Part shown: piece by piece, positions 56,586-64,000 of the stretch
Numbering within the stretch: position 1 is the stretch's first letter
Layout: each line of letters starts with the position of its first letter
Assembly (NCBI GenBank): GCA_965242865.1
Contig: CBDETK010000013.1
Coordinates: 1,056,001-1,120,000, forward strand
From: Candidatus Latescibacterota bacterium
GTDB lineage: Bacteria > Latescibacterota > UBA2968 > UBA8231
Length of the DNA stretch: 64,000 nucleotides
Direction of reading: 5' to 3'
Made by a program: the position numbers and the translations under genes
Notes under the pieces: model-generated
What the model was told of the DNA's origin: nothing
Databases searched by the model: none
The model's input: the letters and a program-made list of their open reading frames with translations, nothing else

Positions 56586-57782
56586 CTATATCACGCCCTC
56601 AGCCCGCAACCCCTCCAACTCCCCGACCGTCAGCCCCAAGACGCCGCTCAAGACCTCCTCGGTGTGCTGCCCCAGCAAGGGGGCTGGCCCGCGCAACTGG
56701 ACCGGCGTCGCGGAAAACCGCAGCGGCGAATTGGCCACCACCTGCCGGCCGGCGACCGGATGCTCCAGCTCGACGATCATCTCCCGCGCCGCTACCTGCT
56801 CGTCGCCAAAGACCTGTTCCACATCGCACAACGGCCCGCTCGGGACGCCCGCCGCCGCGAGGAGGGCGCACCATTCATCCACCGTCTTCTCGGCCAGCAC
56901 CTCTTCCAACACCGGCTCCAAGGCCGCGTGGTTTTCGGTGCGAAGCGCGTTGTTGGCAAAGCGCGGGTCGTCGGCCAACGCGCCCAAGCCCAAGGCGTCG
57001 CAGAGCCGACGCCAGAGCCGGTCGTTGCCCGCGGCCACGACGATGTACCCATCGCGGGCGGCAAAGAACTGGAACGGGGTAATGGCCGGATGCCGCGACC
57101 CGAGCGGCTGGGGCACTTCGCCGGATACGGCGTAGCGGGCGAGGGCGTTTTCCAACAGGGCCACCTGACAGTCGAGCATGGAAATATCGACCTGCTGCCC
57201 CTCGCCCGTGCGCCGCGCCCGCTCTAAGGCCGCGAGAATGCCAATGGCCCCAAAGAGCGCCGCGCTCAAATCGGCAATCGACGAGCCGACCCGCACCGGC
57301 GGCCCAGCGGGCTGCCCGGTGATGCTGGCCAGCCCCCCCATCGCCTGAATGAGCACATCGTATGCGGGCCGCTGGGCGTACGGGCCGGTCTGACCAAACC
57401 CGGAAATCGACGCATGCACCAAGCGCGGATACAGCGCGTGGAGGGCGGCGTACCCCAACCCAAAGCGCTCCATGCTGCCGGGGCGAAAGTTCTCGATCAA
57501 CACGTCGCACTCGCCGGCCAAACGCCGCGCCAAATCCTGACCCCGCGCCTGTCGCAGATCGATCGTCGCGCTCTTCTTGCCGCGATTGACGCTGGCAAAG
57601 TACGCGCTCTCGCCGTTTTGGAACGGCCCGAACCCCCGCGCCTCGTCGCCGGCGCCCGGCAGCTCGATCTTGATCACTTCTGCGCCCAAATCGGCCAACA
57701 CCATAGACGCGTACGGCCCGGCCAACACCCGCGTCAAGTCGAGCACCCGCACGCCGGCCAGCAAAGATTCCAGCTCAATCAT
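56586..57782 (-). CDS. CaiB/BaiF family III CoA-transferase
   Basis: VLDLTRVLAGPY...LADLGAEVIKIE, NRGKKS, IENFRPG, SGFGQTGP, APLLGQHT. Confidence 0.93.
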   Translation of the reverse strand: MIELESLLAGVRVLDLTRVLAGPYASMVLADLGAEVIKIELPGAGDEARGFGPFQNGESAYFASVNRGKKSATIDLRQARGQDLARRLAGECDVLIENFRPGSMERFGLGYAALHALYPRLVHASISGFGQTGPYAQRPAYDVLIQAMGGLASITGQPAGPPVRVGSSIADLSAALFGAIGILAALERARRTGEGQQVDISMLDCQVALLENALARYAVSGEVPQPLGSRHPAITPFQFFAARDGYIVVAAGNDRLWRRLCDALGLGALADDPRFANNALRTENHAALEPVLEEVLAEKTVDEWCALLAAAGVPSGPLCDVEQVFGDEQVAAREMIVELEHPVAGRQVVANSPLRFSATPVQLRGPAPLLGQHTEEVLSGVLGLTVGELEGLRAEGVI

Positions 57783-57783
57783 C

Positions 57784-59478
57784 TCAACCTCCTCGCGGGG
57801 CGGCGAGCAAACCGGCCCCTTCCCCGGGCACGGCCGCCGCCAGCGCCGGCTCATACCCCAGCTCCGCCCGCAGCAGGTCGGCAAATGCGGCCCGGCGGTC
57901 CCCATCAATGAACGCCCGGTGGACCAACCCGCCGATATTGCCGCCCCAGCCAGCCCCCAGCCGCTGCACCGCCCCGGCCGTGGGGCCTTCGGCCGCGAAA
58001 AACCGATTGACGGCCCGCACCCTGCGGTCGTAGGCCGGCGTCATCCGGCCGTAGCCGCCCGGCAAAAAGCGCAGCTCGGCCCGCGCTTGCCCGCGCTCGG
58101 CCTGCTCGGCGCGCCGCGCCAACACCTCGTCTTCGACTTCTCGGTCCAAATCGCCCGCGTGCGAAATGCGGATCAGCTCCAAGGCCCGGGCCATGTCGCC
58201 CGCGGCGAGGGATGCCAGCATCCCGGCCACCCGGTCCTGCTCGGCCAAGCCATACACGCAGCGCCGCCGCAGAAACAAGGGCGTGTCCGCGGCGAGGTGC
58301 TGGAACTTGCCGGCGATCTCGCGCTGGCACATGGCGTCAAAACACGCCCCAACGCCAGCGGCCCGCGCTTCGGCCGCCAACTGCGCCAGACTGGTCTGCC
58401 GCGGGAGTTGGCCCAAAACCCGGTACAACTCGGCCAGCGACAGGCCCAGCCGCTCGGGGGTGAGGTCCCGGATATAGCGCACGGCGCGGCTTTGGCCCAG
58501 CCGCGGCAAAATCAGCGCCCGGGCGACAAACGCGCCGAGCGGATAGGCAATGACCGTCTCTTCCTTGACGGCTTCGTCGTATTCGCGGGCAACCCCGCTG
58601 TCGAGCACGATGGCGGCGTATTCATCGGGCAAGGCGGCCTCCCCTTGCGCCCGGGCCGGAAAGACCCCGACGCCGACTAGCTTGCCCGCTCGGCCCAAGA
58701 TCATCCCGCCGTGGTCGGCCGTGCCGCCGCGCGTGCCGCGCATCCACTCGGAGGTGCCCAGCCCATCGATCCAGTCCGCTTCGGGCAGGTCGCGGCGCGG
58801 CGTCAAGCCGTGAACCCCCAACGCCGCCAGCGCCGTCGCCACGACCAAGGCCGAGGACGAGCTCATGCCTCCGCTGGGCGACACATTGCTCCACACCAGC
58901 CCGTCGAAGCCGCCCCAAGCCACGCGACCGCGGAAATAACTCTCCAAATACACGAGCTGCCCCTCAACGAGCACCGACCAGTTGCCGGCCAAGGCGCGCC
59001 CCGTGTGTTCTAGCCGCTGGCGGCACACTTGACCGGCGTAGGCCATCAGCGCCGGCCGCTCGGCCACGCGGGCCTTGGGCAAAATCGTCCCCAAATCGAG
59101 CTCCAGCGGCGCGAAGCGATCCACCGGCTCGCCCGGACAGCGCAGGAAGCTGGCGAGCCGCACCCGCCGGTTAGGGGCCGCCCGCGCCACCACCAACGTA
59201 TCCGCGCCGCGCACGGCCATCCGCACCGAGGGCATGCCGCCGTAGTCAATGTGCATACCCATGACGTTGATCTGCCCGGGGCAGCGCACCACGACCAAGC
59301 CCCCTCCTCGGCCGTACCGAGCGGCAAAGTGCCGCAGGGCCTCCAAGTAATTGGCTCGCCAAGCCGCCACCTGCTCCCGGCCGTAGAGCCGTGCGAACTC
59401 GCGGTCGAAGCGGCCCTGCTCAAGGGCGGCCTGCCACTGGCCTAGACTCGCTGTATAGGGATTGTTAGAGCGCACCAT
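57784..59478 (-). CDS. GHMP kinase, galactokinase-like
   Basis: PGQINVMGMHIDY, PSGGMSSSSAL, GGTADH, GAGWGG. Confidence 0.8.
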   Translation of the reverse strand: MVRSNNPYTASLGQWQAALEQGRFDREFARLYGREQVAAWRANYLEALRHFAARYGRGGGLVVVRCPGQINVMGMHIDYGGMPSVRMAVRGADTLVVARAAPNRRVRLASFLRCPGEPVDRFAPLELDLGTILPKARVAERPALMAYAGQVCRQRLEHTGRALAGNWSVLVEGQLVYLESYFRGRVAWGGFDGLVWSNVSPSGGMSSSSALVVATALAALGVHGLTPRRDLPEADWIDGLGTSEWMRGTRGGTADHGGMILGRAGKLVGVGVFPARAQGEAALPDEYAAIVLDSGVAREYDEAVKEETVIAYPLGAFVARALILPRLGQSRAVRYIRDLTPERLGLSLAELYRVLGQLPRQTSLAQLAAEARAAGVGACFDAMCQREIAGKFQHLAADTPLFLRRRCVYGLAEQDRVAGMLASLAAGDMARALELIRISHAGDLDREVEDEVLARRAEQAERGQARAELRFLPGGYGRMTPAYDRRVRAVNRFFAAEGPTAGAVQRLGAGWGGNIGGLVHRAFIDGDRRAAFADLLRAELGYEPALAAAVPGEGAGLLAAPRGG

Positions 59479-61717
59479 CCACGCTCAGCGAGATCCGCCG
59501 CAAGGGGCGTAGCTTGCGCTCGATCGTCGCGTGATAGTATTGCAGGGCATTATCGACGCGCAGGTTGAGCCGCACCGGGCCTAGCTGGCGGCTCAACTGC
59601 ACGTCGAGCAAGTAAATGGGCACGTAGTCGCGCCCGCACTCGGCAAAGAGACCGGACACCCGTTCAAACCGGCTGAGGTACTGGAAATTTACCCGCCCAC
59701 TCGTGGGGCCGCGCTCCCCCAACAGGCCCAGATTGAGGACGTGGCGCGCCCGATAGGGCAGCGGCGCCCGCTCCCGGTAGTCGCCGTGGCAGTACGGCGG
59801 CAGCGCTTGGGCTGCATCAAGGAACTCCACGCCATCCACCAAGGTATAAGCCGCCCTAGCCCCTAGGCCGTGCGGCAAGGCGACCAAAAGCTCGCTTTCA
59901 ACCCCGGCGACCCGCGCCCGCGCCAAATTCAGGAAGCGCGCCACGGGCACCGCCCCGCCGGCAAAGGGGTCGGGACGCGCCTCGATCAGCCCGCGGTATT
60001 CGTTCCAAAACAGGGCCAGGTCCAAGGCCAACCACGTGGCCAGCCCCTGTTTGACCCCGACCTCGCCGGACCAAGCCCGCTCGGGATTTAGGGCGGGATT
60101 GGGACAGACGCGGATTCCCGAGGCCTCGGCCTGCGAAAAGACCTCCAGCACCGACGGCACCCGAAAGCCCCGGCCGAGCGAAGCCCGCAATGCGGTCGCC
60201 TCGGACAGCCGATAGGAAAAGCCGACTTGGGGGCTAAACTCCCCGGTGGTTTTGCTCTCGACCGGCGGCGCCCCGCACGGCCCCTCGGCCAGCCGAGAAG
60301 CCGCAGAGAGCCGGCTCCAGTCGTAGCGCAACCCAACCGTCCCCTCGGCCAGCGGGCTGATTTCATACACGCCTTGGGCGTAGCCGGAGACGGTCAGCAG
60401 GGAGCGCGTCCCGAGAAAATCGCCGGGCGAGCGCACCAAGTCGGCCACGGACGAAAGCCCCAGCGTCCAATTCCAGCCGCGCAACCCGGTGTAGTCGAAC
60501 TGACCTTCGCCCGAAATTTTGTGCCCTTCCGAGGCCAAGCCCCCAGCGGCCGCATTGTTGGTAAAATCCGTGCGGTAATACCCCCCCTTGAGCCGATAGC
60601 CCAAGTCGCTGTGGACCAAGTGGTAGTACTCGGAATTGAGGTGCAGTTTCCACGAGGTGGAATGGGCGGAAGCGTCGCTTGCGGGCACGGCCAGCGGCTG
60701 GCTGCGGTCGCGCCACTGAACGAAAACCCCAAAATCGTCGAGTGCCCAGTGGCCCATCACGCGCCAATAGCTCGTCGGGGAGAAGCGATGCACGGCCTTG
60801 GCGTAGAGGTGGTAGCGGCGGCCATCGCCGTTTTGGTGGTAGCCCGTGCCCCGGTTGTGCCCCCCGCTCAAGGCCAAGCCGGTCCGGCCCAACACCCGGT
60901 TGTGGCTTGCGTCAAAGCCGACAAAGTGCATCGGGGAATCGGTCCAGCGCCATGGGCGGTAGGTCGGCGGGCTGTACAAGCCGCTGAGCAGGCGGAAGCG
61001 GGTGCCGGGTGCCCGCGCCGGATCGCGGGTAAGCACGTTGATTACCCCACCCAGAGCCCCCGTGCCGTACAGGGCCGAGCCGGCCCCTTTGACCACCTCC
61101 ACGCGCTCGACTTGCTGCAGGGGCACGGCATCCCACTTGATGTCGCCCAAGTCTGACGACAGCAGGGGGAAGCCATCTACCAGCATGAGCAGCCGACTGC
61201 CCGTACCGCGGCTGAACCCGCTCGACCCGCGGATGACCGGCTCGCTGCCTACTTGGCTGACGCCCGAGACATAGCGCAGGGGGCCGGTCAGGGAGAACGC
61301 GTTGTGGTCGGCGATGCGCTCGGCATCGGCGACTGAAATGCTAATGGGAGCTTGGGCAAAGGTCTGGGAGCGGCGGGCCGCCGAGACGACCAGCTCGGGC
61401 ACTTCGACGGCCGTAGGTTCGAGGGCGACGACGCGCTCGTCCGCTCCGGGGGCTACCTCGCGCAGGGTGTGCGAGCGGTAGCCAATGTGCGAACAGAGCA
61501 GATCGTAGCGGCCGGGGGGCAAGCCCTCGATTCGGCAGTAGCCCTCTTCGTTGGCGTACCCCCCGAACTCCGTGCCCAGCACCGCCAACGTCGCCCCGGG
61601 CAGCGGGGTTTGGTCGCTGGCGTCGCGGACGCGGACGACGATGTCAGCGGCCGAGCTCGGCCAGCAGGTCAGCAGGCAAAGCGCGCTCGCACAGAGCAAT
61701 GCTCGGGTCGGTTTCAT
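59465..61717 (-). CDS. TonB-dependent receptor
   Basis: Carboxypeptidase-regulatory-like N domain, plug IRG...VERVEVVKGAGSALYG..ALGGVIN, NPALNPE. Confidence 0.92.
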   Translation of the reverse strand: MKPTRALLCASALCLLTCWPSSAADIVVRVRDASDQTPLPGATLAVLGTEFGGYANEEGYCRIEGLPPGRYDLLCSHIGYRSHTLREVAPGADERVVALEPTAVEVPELVVSAARRSQTFAQAPISISVADAERIADHNAFSLTGPLRYVSGVSQVGSEPVIRGSSGFSRGTGSRLLMLVDGFPLLSSDLGDIKWDAVPLQQVERVEVVKGAGSALYGTGALGGVINVLTRDPARAPGTRFRLLSGLYSPPTYRPWRWTDSPMHFVGFDASHNRVLGRTGLALSGGHNRGTGYHQNGDGRRYHLYAKAVHRFSPTSYWRVMGHWALDDFGVFVQWRDRSQPLAVPASDASAHSTSWKLHLNSEYYHLVHSDLGYRLKGGYYRTDFTNNAAAGGLASEGHKISGEGQFDYTGLRGWNWTLGLSSVADLVRSPGDFLGTRSLLTVSGYAQGVYEISPLAEGTVGLRYDWSRLSAASRLAEGPCGAPPVESKTTGEFSPQVGFSYRLSEATALRASLGRGFRVPSVLEVFSQAEASGIRVCPNPALNPERAWSGEVGVKQGLATWLALDLALFWNEYRGLIEARPDPFAGGAVPVARFLNLARARVAGVESELLVALPHGLGARAAYTLVDGVEFLDAAQALPPYCHGDYRERAPLPYRARHVLNLGLLGERGPTSGRVNFQYLSRFERVSGLFAECGRDYVPIYLLDVQLSRQLGPVRLNLRVDNALQYYHATIERKLRPLRRISLSVDGAL

Positions 61718-62135
61718 CGTCCAACACCGCGAAATTGACCTCAATGTCGATATCAGGGGTGATCTGGCCGGGTTCTACTTCCACCGGCGTCGGATAGCAG
61801 CCCAGCAGCGAGGTAAGGTTCCAAACTTGGCCCTCCGCACGCCAAGCCACGATAATCCATTGATAGACGCCTTCCCCGTCTAAGGGAACGAAGTAGTTGT
61901 AGGATTCAACGCCGAGCTCGACGGCCGTATCCCAGCCGTTGATGTTAAAAAAATCGGCCAACGCAGCCGGTGGCTCGCGATAGACAGCCACGGCCACCTC
62001 CCCCACATCGGCCGGCCACGCGCCGACAAAACTCAGCCGGCCGGCAATCCCGGGCTGCACGGGGGCCTCGGCATTGAGCCCGCGGTCGCAGCCCCAGCAC
62101 AAAGCCAAGGCCGCGACCCAACGCCAAACCGGCAC
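61644..62135 (-). CDS. Hypothetical lipoprotein
   Basis: Lipobox-like CWGC; operon context. Confidence 0.65.
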   Translation of the reverse strand: MPVWRWVAALALCWGCDRGLNAEAPVQPGIAGRLSFVGAWPADVGEVAVAVYREPPAALADFFNINGWDTAVELGVESYNYFVPLDGEGVYQWIIVAWRAEGQVWNLTSLLGCYPTPVEVEPGQITPDIDIEVNFAVLDDETDPSIALCERALPADLLAELGR

Positions 62136-62137
62136 TA

Positions 62138-62656
62138 CTATCCAGCCGCCTCGGCGGCCGCTGCTGCTGCCGCTGCTGCCGAGAGCTCGGCGACGTCAAA
62201 CTCGGCGTCGTTGATGGTGATCGTCCCGGTCGCCGAAAGGCCGTCGGTCCCAACCGAAATCTCCATATTGAGCACGAGTTCGGCGTCCTGTGATCCAGAC
62301 AGAGTAATCTCCCCGGTCAACGGAATGGGCGTCTCGGTCACGCCGACGTTCAAGGTGCCGTTGATGATCAACGTGCCATCGGGCGAGAAATCCTGCAACG
62401 TCCATTGGTTGCCCTCGACTGCCACCGAGCCGCCGCCCTCCCCGTCCACCGACGTCTGACCGACTGCCACTGCGAAAAAGACATTTGTAAAACTGGAAAC
62501 CAGCGTGCCGTATAAGCCGACGATTTCAGGCGTTATCTCGGCCACCGGGGCCGGCTCGGGCTCCACCGGCGTGGGTTCGTCGTCGTCGCCACAAGCGGCC
62601 AACGCGAGAACACTACACAGGACTAGGGCCGTGGTTTTATCCAGCCATTTGCGCAT
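62138..62656 (-). CDS. Hypothetical lipoprotein
   Basis: Lipobox LAAC-GDDD; GAGGAGG RBS. Confidence 0.8.
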   Translation of the reverse strand: MRKWLDKTTALVLCSVLALAACGDDDEPTPVEPEPAPVAEITPEIVGLYGTLVSSFTNVFFAVAVGQTSVDGEGGGSVAVEGNQWTLQDFSPDGTLIINGTLNVGVTETPIPLTGEITLSGSQDAELVLNMEISVGTDGLSATGTITINDAEFDVAELSAAAAAAAAAEAAG

Positions 62657-62708
62657 GATATTATCCTCCTCAAAAGATTAAATGAGCTGAGCCGTTAGGA
62701 CGCCCCGC

Positions 62709-63815
62709 TCAAGAGACGGTTTCGCTTCCCCGAACATAGCGCACCAGTGCTTCTTCGTCCAGCACACAACCCAACCCCGGCTGCATGGGCGTGGGCACGT
62801 ACCCATCGACAAACGGAATCGGCTCCACGATCAGGTCGTCCTCGCGGGTCCAGCTCCCCACAAAATCCGAGGCCATCGTGCAGTTGGGCGCGGCCGCGGC
62901 CGCGTGGATGTACGCGGTATCGACGATGCCCAAGTCGTTGCCCGAGCCGTGCCAGCAGCGCAAGCCGGCCGCGGCCGCTACGGCCGCATACTTCTGAAAG
63001 CCCACGAGGCTGCCGCCCAAGTTCAGGCAATCGACCACCTCGGCCTTGATGGCGCGGACGATGGCCGGCCCGCTCCCCAAGTGCATGGCCACCGGCAGGT
63101 CAATCGCCTCGTGGATTTGAACATACCCGGCCAAGTCGGACTTGGGGATGGGATCTTCAAAGACTTCGACATTGCCCACCTCCGCGAGCTGCTCGGCGAG
63201 CGCAATGGTCTGCTCGGCCGTGTGGAAGCGCTCGTTGGGATCCACCGTCACCTTAAAATCCACGCCGCCCACCGCGCGCATAGCCTCCAGCCGCTCGACC
63301 ATCGGCTCTTCGATTTTGCACTTGATCTTGACGCCTTTGAACCCGTGCGCGAGCGCCCGCTCAACCGCCCGCTGGCCATCTTCCGGCGTCTGATGCCCCA
63401 TCCAATAATCGGCCCGCACCCGGTCGCGCACCGCGCCGCCCAGCAGCGCGTGTACGGGCACGCCACGCGCCTTGCCCACCAAGTCGAAGACCGCCATCTC
63501 AAAGGCGTCGTACGCCGGGCCAGCCCCCACGGTTGGCAACTCCTCGGTGCCGTCGTGGCGGGCGGCGAAAATGTCCTGCAAGGTCAGGTGCTCCGGGTCT
63601 TGGCCCAGCAACCGGGCCGCTCCTTCCCGAACTTGCGCGACCGGCACGCCGCGCCCGGTCTCGCCCAAGCCGCCCCACTCGGTATCCGTATTCAGACGCA
63701 CGATGTGCTTGGGCACTTGGTCCCATCCGGTCTCGGGCACCCACTCCGGGCTGTGTACCCGCCCGGGAATGGTCGGCACCACTACGGTCCAAACATCGAC
63801 AGACGTTATCTTCAT
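62709..63815 (-). CDS. Mandelate racemase/muconate lactonizing enzyme family
   Basis: GLGE, EMAVFDLVGK..GVPV..LLGG, KIK, VDPNE, FEDP, PGLG. Confidence 0.92.
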   Translation of the reverse strand: MKITSVDVWTVVVPTIPGRVHSPEWVPETGWDQVPKHIVRLNTDTEWGGLGETGRGVPVAQVREGAARLLGQDPEHLTLQDIFAARHDGTEELPTVGAGPAYDAFEMAVFDLVGKARGVPVHALLGGAVRDRVRADYWMGHQTPEDGQRAVERALAHGFKGVKIKCKIEEPMVERLEAMRAVGGVDFKVTVDPNERFHTAEQTIALAEQLAEVGNVEVFEDPIPKSDLAGYVQIHEAIDLPVAMHLGSGPAIVRAIKAEVVDCLNLGGSLVGFQKYAAVAAAAGLRCWHGSGNDLGIVDTAYIHAAAAAPNCTMASDFVGSWTREDDLIVEPIPFVDGYVPTPMQPGLGCVLDEEALVRYVRGSETVS

Positions 63816-63846
63816 AATCCAATCCCCTCGCGTGAACGCCGGTGGG

Positions 63847-63999
63847 CTATTTGCTGAAAATCTGAAAGAGAACCCCCACCACAGAAACCAACGCCGCGGC
63901 CACCGCCACAAACAGCACTTGGCGCAACTCGCGGATATCTTGGCGCAACTCGCGAATATCGCCCTTCAAGTCTTGATGGCTTTCCGAGATGCGACGCTC
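63847..63999 (-). CDS. C-terminus of a small membrane-anchored coiled-coil protein (runs off window end)
   Basis: Manual translation ERRISESHQDLKGDIRELRQDIRELRQVLFVAVAAALVSVVGVLFQIFSK*; 21-bp tandem repeat. Confidence 0.7.
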   Translation of the reverse strand, partial: ERRISESHQDLKGDIRELRQDIRELRQVLFVAVAAALVSVVGVLFQIFSK

Positions 64000-64000
64000 T

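Overview
GC-rich bacterial chromosomal segment. The many internalin-like LRR/YWTD lipoproteins, the giant Ig-repeat autotransporter and the Gfo/PhyH/amidohydrolase catabolic genes suggest a host-associated FCB-group (Latescibacterota/Gemmatimonadota-like) organism; this is inference only. The core backbone is rpsT, a cysM-mec-sulfur carrier-cysK cluster, aspS, a LysM operon, phoH-HD-ybeY-corC, tRNA-fMet, lnt and long sugar/acid catabolic operons. Several small accessory islets with no integrase interrupt it. The most notable element is a ~1.5-kb module present twice (21966-23501 and 53695-55238). It consists of three REP-like hairpins, an upstream ORF running through an inverted repeat and a 20-nt poly-C tract, a ~370-nt leader, and the constant N-terminal half of an LRR lipoprotein whose C-terminal half differs between copies (LRR vs YWTD propeller). 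In both copies a one-base gain in the tract would extend the uORF across the whole leader to stop just inside the lipoprotein gene, and compensating indels have kept that frame. This makes it a candidate uORF-based phase-variation switch. Other islets are a HelD-like SF1 helicase between 17-bp direct repeats, an AAA ATPase plus partner pair, an Rpn gene with an internal antitoxin-like start, and an orphan DprA-like gene. All family assignments come from motif recognition by eye; no searches were run.
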